A stretch of 56,941 nucleotides of DNA. It comes from Eubacteriales bacterium (lineage in GTDB: Bacteria; Bacillota; Clostridia; Oscillospirales; CAG-272). The notes under the pieces were generated by a model that did not search any database, was not told the DNA's origin, and saw nothing but the letters and a program-made list of their open reading frames with translations. Shown here in pieces: positions 35,506 through 42,933 of the stretch. The translations under genes were made by a program, and so were the position numbers. Numbering within the stretch: the stretch's first letter is position 1; each line of letters starts with the position of its first letter. The stretch covers positions 1-56,941 of the forward strand of contig JAZODH010000004.1 of the NCBI GenBank assembly GCA_045596925.1, given 5' to 3'.

Positions 35506-36589
35506 AAAAAGCGTAATATTTTCTGACGATGTCATTTGCCTGTTCCATCTTAGCGTCCATATCGGAAACAAGCTTGAACTGGTTTCTGGCACGGTCGAGG
35601 TTGTGATTTTCATAGTGGATCTTGAAATAATTATCTCCGTCAAGGTAGTCGGTAAAGAATCTCATACCGCACTCAAGAGTAAGCAACTTTACGGAAAAAG
35701 CAAGAAGCTCGACCTCGCTCTTTGTGATGCACTCGCTCATTTCTTCAAGGAATCCCTTGGCGAATGCCTCGAACATCTCAAGACGGAAATATACCTTGTC
35801 AAGATCTGTTTCGTCTTCGGCGGCAGAGGACGCGCCGAATCGGAGAGAATCGCCGAAATCGTACAGAAGCGAGCCGGGCATAACGGTGTCAAGATCAATA
35901 ACGCACAGACCCTCGCCACTGTCGGCATCCATAAGAATATTATTTACCTTTGTGTCGTTGTGCGTAACTCTCAGCGGAAGCTCTCCGCTCTGAAGCTTGC
36001 TCACAACAAGCTCTGTGTCGGTCTTTCTCGCCTTTACAAACTCTACCTCGGGCAAAACAGTGGCAAGTCTGCCTACCTTGTCGGCTTCAACAGCTTTCAT
36101 AAAATTGTTGTATCTGTCGGCGGTGTTATGGAAATTGGCAATGGTCTCATGAAGCTGTGACGCATCAAAATCTGCAACGTTCTTCATGAATTTTGCAAAG
36201 GCCTTTGCCGCCTTATACAGAACGTCGGAATTTTCGATAAGCTGATAGCATTTCGTGTCACTAATAAAGATGTACACACGGTAAAGCTCGCCGTCGTCCG
36301 AAATTATGTATTTTTCGCCGTTTTTGGCAGGAACAAGAGTAAGAGTCTCTCTTTCGGGGTTTCCGCCCTCAGCAAGAATTTTTTCACGCAGAAACGACGT
36401 TACTCGGTCGATGTTTTCTATCACCTCTACGGGATTTTTGAAAACAACGCTGTTTACCTTCTGAAGTATATATTTCTTTTCGGTGGTTTCGACCAAAAAC
36501 GTGGAATTGATATGTCCCTCGCCATAGGGCGCAACGGAAACAACGTCTCCCTCAAGTGCAAATTGGTCGCAGATTTTTCCGATTTCCAT
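35504..36589 (-). CDS. nahK: N-acetylhexosamine 1-kinase-like APH-family kinase
   Basis: About 361 aa counted from MEIGKICDQFALEGDV. APYGEGHINSTFLV, LRVTHNDTKVNNILMD, IDLDTVMPGSLLYDFGDSLRFGAS and LECGMRFFTDYLDGDNYF closely parallel Bifidobacterium NahK. Confidence 0.8.
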   Translation of the reverse strand: MEIGKICDQFALEGDVVSVAPYGEGHINSTFLVETTEKKYILQKVNSVVFKNPVEVIENIDRVTSFLREKILAEGGNPERETLTLVPAKNGEKYIISDDGELYRVYIFISDTKCYQLIENSDVLYKAAKAFAKFMKNVADFDASQLHETIANFHNTADRYNNFMKAVEADKVGRLATVLPEVEFVKARKTDTELVVSKLQSGELPLRVTHNDTKVNNILMDADSGEGLCVIDLDTVMPGSLLYDFGDSLRFGASSAAEDETDLDKVYFRLEMFEAFAKGFLEEMSECITKSEVELLAFSVKLLTLECGMRFFTDYLDGDNYFKIHYENHNLDRARNQFKLVSDMDAKMEQANDIVRKYYAF

Positions 36590-36688
36590 TTTTATCTCCG
36601 TTCTGCCGCTCGGCGGCACACATATTTTTCGAGAAATCAATAACATTGAAAATCCCGACAACTAAACGCCATCGGGAACTTCAACATC

Positions 36689-36766
36689 TGGCCCGCCCGG
36701 GGGGATTCGAACCCTCGACCCACAGAATCGGAATCTGGCACTCTATCCAGGCTGAGCTACGGGCGG
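36689..36766 (-). tRNA. tRNA-Arg (anticodon CCG), CCA encoded
   Basis: It folds as a cloverleaf: acceptor CCGCCCG/CGGGCGG, D-arm GCTC..GAGT, anticodon loop TTCCGAT, T-loop TTCGAAT, discriminator G, then CCA. It has a C1-G72 pair and single mismatches at 27-43 and 50-64. Confidence 0.75.
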
Positions 36767-36774
36767 ATATTGGT

Positions 36775-36803
36775 ATTTTACCACAAAGCGCACACTTTGT
36801 AAA
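36775..36803 (-). promoter_or_regulatory. Promoter for tRNA-Arg (TTTACA-17-TAAAAT)
   Basis: -35 at 36803-36798 and -10 at 36780-36775 on the minus strand; the -10 ends 8 nt before the tRNA 5' end. Confidence 0.6.
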
Positions 36804-36885
36804 GCACTTTTGGGAATATTTTTAATTCTTTAGAATTAAACCCTAAATATTTGCAAAAATTTCCTCGTTTTTTTCGCAAAAACTA

Positions 36886-36914
36886 TTGACATTTGGGGAA
36901 TAATCTGTTATAAT
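36886..36914 (+). promoter_or_regulatory. Consensus sigma-A promoter for tRNA-Gln (TTGACA-17-TATAAT)
   Basis: TTGACA at 36886-36891, a 17-nt spacer, TATAAT at 36909-36914; the tRNA starts 15 nt downstream. Confidence 0.7.
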
Positions 36915-36928
36915 AGCTTTCGTTGCGA

Positions 36929-37004
36929 TGGGGCATCGCCAAGCGGTAAGGCAACGGACTCTGACTCCGTCATTACCTAGGTTCGAATCCTAGTGCCCCA
37001 GCCA
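36929..37004 (+). tRNA. tRNA-Gln (anticodon CTG), CCA encoded
   Basis: TGGGGCATCGCCAAGCGGTAAGGCA...CTCTGAC...GGTTCGAATCC...TGCCCCAGCCA is near-identical in layout to bacterial tRNA-Gln. Confidence 0.9.
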
Positions 37005-37041
37005 AAAAAGAACGAGAGGATTTTTCCTCTCGTTCTTTTTT
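37005..37041 (+). terminator. Intrinsic terminator after tRNA-Gln
   Basis: AGAACGAGAGGA-TTTT-TCCTCTCGTTCT followed by TTTTT. Confidence 0.75.
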
Positions 37042-37207
37042 CGTTGAGTTTCCGCCATTCGAGCCTACTCAAATTCCGCGAGGAATTTGAATAATTTGCG
37101 CTGTGATGACTTTAAGTTATGCTGAACTTTGGCGCAAATGTAGGTTCAGAATCCTAAAGCTATATAAACCTCACCCCAAACGCTCTCGCGTTTGGGGTGG
37201 GGTTATT

Positions 37208-39634
37208 TTATTCAGCTTTCACCAAACTAAAATTCTTCAACGCAAAATACGGAAGCTTTGACGCCGCGTCTCCTCTTACAATAAAGATCGCGCCCTCACA
37301 TTCGGTCATGTCGTCGGGAACGTAAATATCAAAGGTTACGTTTTGCCACTCGTTTTTGTAGTTGACGGGTTTGTCAAGCACTGTGGAAATTCTACGGAAA
37401 TCATCGTATTTTACAGTGACGTAAGCCATTCCGCCGGCGTACCCGCAAATGTCAAAGGACACTCTGTACTTGCCTTCGCCGTACATCTGCACTTCCTCGG
37501 TGATCATACGGGAAACTCCGCCCGTAAAGTAATTGTTGTGGTCGTACATTACGTATACGGTCTCTCCGTCCCAAGTCTCAACCTCCATATCGACCTGGTA
37601 CGAGCCGTGCTCAGAGAAACGGCTGATCTCGCCCTCGTCTGCAAGGAAAAGCTCTTCTCCATCATAACAAGGGACAAAACGGTAATTTCCGTCTACCGTC
37701 TCAAAGCTCTCTGCCGCCTTTGCCTTGACCAGCGCGTCGCCCGTGGAATACTCGATACCCTTTATTTCAACAGTCTCGGGTTTTGTCTGTGTCCGACGAA
37801 GCGCCGCAAGCATATCAGTAGTCGAAAAATAGACCACGCCATCCTTTACGATCGGCTCATGCTCGGGCGAGAACTTATAGTTTCCTACGTAGGTTACTCC
37901 ACTCGCCTTATAGTCTACCACGTTCCACTGGCGGTATATCTGACGGTACCCGAGATCCTCGTTCTCGGAAATATTTATCTCGTTTTCCTTACCGTGGTCG
38001 GTATAGGCAATATCATCGATATCCTCCAGAAGCTCACCGTCAATATAAAAATTGATGAAATTCAAAGTATAGTTATCGGTATAGATCATGCCGTCCCCAT
38101 TATCAAGAATGAAGAGCTTCCCTGTTTTATCCGCAACAAGTCCTGCGTGGGGATCGGTAACGCCTGTAAGCCCCGGAATTGAAATGTTTTCAAAGGTGAA
38201 GGTCTTTTCAAGCACACCCATCTTTCTACCCCTGAAAAAGTGAGGAATGTTGATGCAGTCCATACAGTCCAGATTCCTTATAATGTTTGAGTGTGCTCTC
38301 TCCTTTGATTGGTCACCGTTATACTGGTTGTTTATTACACCGTCATTTGTGCGGAAGATATAAATTCCATCCAGCACGTTATCGGTGGTAGAGCTTTGAG
38401 GGAAAAGTGCCGCGCAGGTGGTGCCGATAGTTATATCGGTGAAAAGCGTATTCTTCGTGCTGTAAACAAGAGCGTTGTCACCTACGTAAAGCAAACAATG
38501 GTCAATTACGGCATCCGTTCCGCTGTATACGGAGATACCGTCGGTGGTCATCAGAGTTGAAAAGCACTTGACGTTTTCAACCTTGATCTTATCTGCGTTT
38601 ACTGCAATGTTATACGCACGGGTGTCCAAAAAGAACAGGCCTTCAAGATAGCCGTCCGCACAGGACATCGAGGTCAATTTATAAGAGCTTCCCTCGGTTC
38701 CGCCGTCGCGGATCTTATAGTTGTAAATATCGCTGAACGGGTCAAGCACGGCACCGCGCCCAAACATTTTTGATCCCACAGCATCCGCGGTGAATTTCAC
38801 TCTGCAATTCAAAACGGCCTGAGGCTCAACGTAAATTATTGTGTTTGGCTCGGTAATATCCATCAGCCCCGTCTCGGTCTCGTACCAACCGTCAACATAA
38901 AGCACGTTAGGATCATCCTTTGAAGGAATATCTCCGGGATATTCGGGATAATCCGCACAAACGGAAATGAGAGAATTGTCGTCATTATCAAGTCGGATAA
39001 GGAAATAATCGGGCTTATCAAGGAAAACAGAGATAACGCCGTCCTTGAACTCACTTTTGAAATTTTTCGCTGAGGGAATAACGGAATACGCCTCAAAGTC
39101 CTGCGAGACCTTGATATCCACGCGCACCTGTCCGCCCGAAAAAGCAAATCTTGTAAAACGGCGAACCACGTCGCTTCCGATAGAACGCCCGAAAATGTTA
39201 TACTCCATGGTGTGGTTATAAACAGTCAAGGGTCGAGTCTTGCTTCCCATGGTTACCGAAACCCTGTAATCATAGTTACGGTTAATATCCTCATGAAAGT
39301 CGGGATAGATCACAAGTCTCTTCTGCTCCAAAAACTCTTCCTTTGAAATAAGAATGCCGTTTTCGTCATAAATCTCCGGTTCGGGTTCAACGGGTTCTGT
39401 CTCGGGAGGCTCGGTTTCTGCCGGCTCTGTTTCGATAGGTTCGGTCTCGCCGTCCGTATCATCGGGTGTCTTTTCATCTCCCGACTGATTCCCAACGTCA
39501 TCCCCCTGCTCTGTTCCGTTGTCGCCCTTATTGGCGGGAAGATCATCGTTTTCCTTGTCCGAGCAAGAAGCCAGGCTCAGCAGAAGAACGAGAGAAAGTG
39601 CGAGCAATGCAAGTTTAAAAAATACTTTTTTCAT
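37208..39634 (-). CDS. Paralog P1 (808 aa): lipoprotein with acidic TEP linker, GH49-like beta-sandwich and beta-helix core, and C-terminal CBM-like domain
   Basis: Signal peptide with lipobox LASC. Blocks shared with P2-P5: NYDYRVSV, RRFTRFAFSGGQVRVDIKV, PSAKNFKSEFKDGVISVFLDKPDYF, ADYPEYPGDIPSKD, MTTDGIS, YVGDNALVYS, ITIGTTCAALFPQ. Confidence 0.85.
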   Translation of the reverse strand: MKKVFFKLALLALSLVLLLSLASCSDKENDDLPANKGDNGTEQGDDVGNQSGDEKTPDDTDGETEPIETEPAETEPPETEPVEPEPEIYDENGILISKEEFLEQKRLVIYPDFHEDINRNYDYRVSVTMGSKTRPLTVYNHTMEYNIFGRSIGSDVVRRFTRFAFSGGQVRVDIKVSQDFEAYSVIPSAKNFKSEFKDGVISVFLDKPDYFLIRLDNDDNSLISVCADYPEYPGDIPSKDDPNVLYVDGWYETETGLMDITEPNTIIYVEPQAVLNCRVKFTADAVGSKMFGRGAVLDPFSDIYNYKIRDGGTEGSSYKLTSMSCADGYLEGLFFLDTRAYNIAVNADKIKVENVKCFSTLMTTDGISVYSGTDAVIDHCLLYVGDNALVYSTKNTLFTDITIGTTCAALFPQSSTTDNVLDGIYIFRTNDGVINNQYNGDQSKERAHSNIIRNLDCMDCINIPHFFRGRKMGVLEKTFTFENISIPGLTGVTDPHAGLVADKTGKLFILDNGDGMIYTDNYTLNFINFYIDGELLEDIDDIAYTDHGKENEINISENEDLGYRQIYRQWNVVDYKASGVTYVGNYKFSPEHEPIVKDGVVYFSTTDMLAALRRTQTKPETVEIKGIEYSTGDALVKAKAAESFETVDGNYRFVPCYDGEELFLADEGEISRFSEHGSYQVDMEVETWDGETVYVMYDHNNYFTGGVSRMITEEVQMYGEGKYRVSFDICGYAGGMAYVTVKYDDFRRISTVLDKPVNYKNEWQNVTFDIYVPDDMTECEGAIFIVRGDAASKLPYFALKNFSLVKAE

Positions 39635-39664
39635 AAAAACCCTTTCAAAAAAGCATTATTCAAC

Positions 39665-39688
39665 AATAGCCCTCTTATGAGGGCTATT
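39665..39688 (-). other. 10-bp hairpin in the 67-bp P2-P1 spacer (weak terminator, no T-run)
   Basis: AATAGCCCTC-TTAT-GAGGGCTATT. Confidence 0.4.
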
Positions 39689-39701
39689 GCGATATATTGA
39701 A

Positions 39702-42701
39702 TTATTTTTCGAGAGACACGTTCTTGATGATGAAGCAAGAGGTGGGATCCGAGGCTCTTCCCGAAATACAGAATCCATACCAACATGATTTTTCAAGAAT
39801 ATCTTCTGTAACCTCAAAGGTAGCAGTTACCTGCAGCCAGTCACGGTCAATTCTGATAACCTCAGTGCCATACAGATTGCCGAGCTTTTCAACGGTATCG
39901 TTGTTTATGACAAAGTTTACAGCCGAATCGCTCTCGGCTCTTATCATAAAGCTGAGAGTGTACGTACCCTCGCCGTAGGTCTGGATATCCTCGGTGATGT
40001 CTCTGGAAAGACCGCCGCCATACTGGTTGTTACGAGCATACATATAGAAGGTTTCTTCACCGTCCTCAACAGCATAAAGAAGGTCGACCATGTATGCACC
40101 GCTGTCACCGTATTCGCTGATCTCTCCCTCATCGGGAAGAAGAATACTTCCTCTGGGAACGGTGGCCGTGAAATAGATCTTTCCGCCGTCTATCTCAACG
40201 TCATCCGCCGCCTTTCCGGATACAAACTTACTTGCCTCGGCGTATTCGATGCCGCCGATATCCTTGGATTCGATCTTTGCATCGGTAACTCTGAGAGCTT
40301 TGAGCATCTCTGCCACGGGCAGGTAATACTTGCCGCCCTCAACGACCACGTCATTTTCAAATGTGATCAAACGATAGCCTACGTATACCTGCTGTTCCGC
40401 CTTGTAGTTTACTCTGTGTACGTTAGGACGAACGGGAGTGTACTCTCCGTCAGCCGAGAAGGACAAGTAATAATGATATCCCTCATCTCCTTGATTGTTC
40501 AAAATAATGGAACTTTCTATAAGCTCGCCTTCAATATAAAGGTTATTGAAATCAAGGAAGTAGTTAGCCGTTTCGATATATTCTGCGCTGTTTATAATCT
40601 CAACAAGTCTGTAAGCGTTACCCTTGAGGCTGGAAAGATGGGGATTGCTTACGTTTGAAAGGGCGGGAAGCGAAATACCGTCAAATTTGAAAGGCTTTTC
40701 GAGCATACCCATGCCTCTTCCCTGGAAGAAGTGAGGCAGATTTACGCAGTCCATAGCATCGCAATTAATAAGAGTTGCGCTGTGATTATTTTCCGATCCA
40801 CCGGGATTATAGCGGTTGTTGATAAAGCCGTCGTCTGCACGGATGACGTAGATATTTTCAAACGTCACGTCCTTGGTATTGCCCTGGGGGAACAGGATGG
40901 CACAAGTGGTACCTGTAATACAATCCTTGATATAGGAGCCTTCTACGCTGTATACGAAAGAGTTATCTCCCGTATAGTTGATGCAATGCTCGATGTAATG
41001 GTCCTTGCCGCCGAACAGAGAAATTCCGTCGGTGGTCATCATCGTTGAAAGTGCCTTATAGTTATAAACCTCGATATTGGAGGCACCAAGCGTAAGGTTG
41101 AAGCAACGCGCGTCAAGGAGGAAGGGACCGTCAAACTTAGAGTTTACACCCGTCATTGAAAGCATACTCCAACCGCTTCCCTCGGAGCCTGCAACACGTC
41201 CGTCGTACTCGTGAATATTCTCGTAGGGGTCGACGATGGCGCCGCGTCCGAGAACCTGAGAGAATGCGCCCTTTACCTTGCATCGAGCATTCAGCACAGA
41301 ACCGGGAGCGATGTAGACAGTCGTTCCGGGTTCCGTAAGCTCAAGGAGGCCCTGCTCCGGCTCTACCCAGCCTTCAACGTAATATACGTTTGCGCCGTCC
41401 TTTGAGGGAATATCACCGGGATACTCGGGATAGTCAGCCGCAACTGCCAAAAGGGAGTTTACGTCGTCGTCAAGGCGGATCATAAAGTAGTCGGGCTTGT
41501 CAAGATAAACGGAAATTACGCCGTCCTTGAACTCAGTTTTGAAATTCTTGGCCGACGGAATTACCGTGTAGGAGCCGAAATCTCTTGTGACCTTGATATC
41601 AACTCTGGTCTGAGCACCGGAGAACGCAAAGGTCGCAAATCTGCGGTAGTTATCGCCGCCGATAGCACGGTCGGTAATGCGATACTCCATGGTGTGGTTA
41701 TAAACGGGTATTTGACCCGACTTGTCACCCTGGTGAACGGTAACCTTATAATCGTAGTTACGTCTGATTCCTTCGGGGAACTCAGGATAAATAACCAGCT
41801 GAGTGTCCTTGTAAAATTCTTCCTTTGTAATCAGCTTTTCGCTGTGGACCGTGCCGTCGTTAAAGGCAAGGACTCCCTTTGTATTATTCATAAGGTCAAC
41901 GAGGTAATTGAAAGCAGCCTTCTGCTCGTAGTCGGTAGTACCCACAACGTAGAGCTTGCCGTCTTTTACAACGAGACCCCAGTTGCCCTCTGCGATTCCC
42001 AGGCTCGAATCGTCGGTAACCACGACGTTCACCTTTTCGTTGTTGTTGGTCCTCTCGGCCGTGATACCTACCCTGTCAGCAACTGTGCTGACTATACTGT
42101 CGGCATACACATCGGCGTCAAGCTCGTTCTTAACGTAAACTGCGGTAATGTCTTTTCCCGCGATCGTGAGACCTGTTATGGAGTACTTGGTTTCGGATGT
42201 AAAATCGTATCCGTCCGTCAAAAGAAGTCCCTTGTCGCAAATAAGGTTTTCAATAAAATATTTTACACCGTTCACGACAGCCTCGTTGCTTCCGCCCAGG
42301 ATAGCGATCCTCTCACCCGAGCGTACTATCTGATACTGGTCAATCTTAAGACCGACCGCAGACATACGCTTGGTATCACCGATAATGATCTCCTTACTCT
42401 GTCTGCCGCTGAAATCGGTGGTCTTTTTCAGATCAAGTCCGCAAGTGGCCTTAACAGCGTCATACAGGTCAATTACCGCATCCTTTATCTCCTGCTTGGT
42501 TTTGTCTGCTCTCAGGATAGCATAGCCGTCAAGTGACAGTGCGTTATCTGGGCTGAGCAGTTCAACGTTGTTTTTGTGATTTGTTTCCGCATTGTCGGGC
42601 TTATCCGCATCATCTTTGCCGCAGGAAACAAGTCCGACAGACAAAATAAGACACAAAATAAGCGTCAAAAAAGCGAGTTTTCTAAACACATTATTCTTCA
42701 T
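39702..42701 (-). CDS. Paralog P2 (999 aa): lipoprotein with duplicated N-terminal alpha/beta module, GH49-like core and CBM-like C-terminus
   Basis: Lipobox LVSC and the same conserved blocks as P1 (MTTDGISLF, YTGDNSFVYS, TGTTCAILFPQ). Confidence 0.85.
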   Translation of the reverse strand: MKNNVFRKLAFLTLILCLILSVGLVSCGKDDADKPDNAETNHKNNVELLSPDNALSLDGYAILRADKTKQEIKDAVIDLYDAVKATCGLDLKKTTDFSGRQSKEIIIGDTKRMSAVGLKIDQYQIVRSGERIAILGGSNEAVVNGVKYFIENLICDKGLLLTDGYDFTSETKYSITGLTIAGKDITAVYVKNELDADVYADSIVSTVADRVGITAERTNNNEKVNVVVTDDSSLGIAEGNWGLVVKDGKLYVVGTTDYEQKAAFNYLVDLMNNTKGVLAFNDGTVHSEKLITKEEFYKDTQLVIYPEFPEGIRRNYDYKVTVHQGDKSGQIPVYNHTMEYRITDRAIGGDNYRRFATFAFSGAQTRVDIKVTRDFGSYTVIPSAKNFKTEFKDGVISVYLDKPDYFMIRLDDDVNSLLAVAADYPEYPGDIPSKDGANVYYVEGWVEPEQGLLELTEPGTTVYIAPGSVLNARCKVKGAFSQVLGRGAIVDPYENIHEYDGRVAGSEGSGWSMLSMTGVNSKFDGPFLLDARCFNLTLGASNIEVYNYKALSTMMTTDGISLFGGKDHYIEHCINYTGDNSFVYSVEGSYIKDCITGTTCAILFPQGNTKDVTFENIYVIRADDGFINNRYNPGGSENNHSATLINCDAMDCVNLPHFFQGRGMGMLEKPFKFDGISLPALSNVSNPHLSSLKGNAYRLVEIINSAEYIETANYFLDFNNLYIEGELIESSIILNNQGDEGYHYYLSFSADGEYTPVRPNVHRVNYKAEQQVYVGYRLITFENDVVVEGGKYYLPVAEMLKALRVTDAKIESKDIGGIEYAEASKFVSGKAADDVEIDGGKIYFTATVPRGSILLPDEGEISEYGDSGAYMVDLLYAVEDGEETFYMYARNNQYGGGLSRDITEDIQTYGEGTYTLSFMIRAESDSAVNFVINNDTVEKLGNLYGTEVIRIDRDWLQVTATFEVTEDILEKSCWYGFCISGRASDPTSCFIIKNVSLEK

Positions 42702-42773
42702 GGGGGTAGTTTTGGCAGCCGATCTGCCTTCCTTTCGTTTTTTGGCACGGACACATGGTCATGCCTATGTAAT

Positions 42774-42802
42774 ATTATACATTTCAGTCGTCCCAATGTC
42801 AA
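42774..42802 (-). promoter_or_regulatory. Consensus promoter for P2 (TTGACA-17-TATAAT)
   Basis: -35 at 42802-42797 and -10 at 42779-42774 on the minus strand. Confidence 0.65.
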
Positions 42803-42841
42803 TAAATTGTATTGCAAATGAAAAATTTCTCCATAATGCAC

Positions 42842-42876
42842 AAAAACGGCACCGTATTTTCTACGATGCCGTTTTT
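42842..42876 (-). terminator. Intrinsic terminator after P3 (bidirectional)
   Basis: AAAAACGGCA.CGTA-TTTTC-TACG.TGCCGTTTTT. Confidence 0.7.
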
Positions 42877-42933
42877 GCGGTTATTTCGGAGTCTTTTCTC
42901 TTTAGAAATTTTCCGTATCTGTCATTGCTCCGA

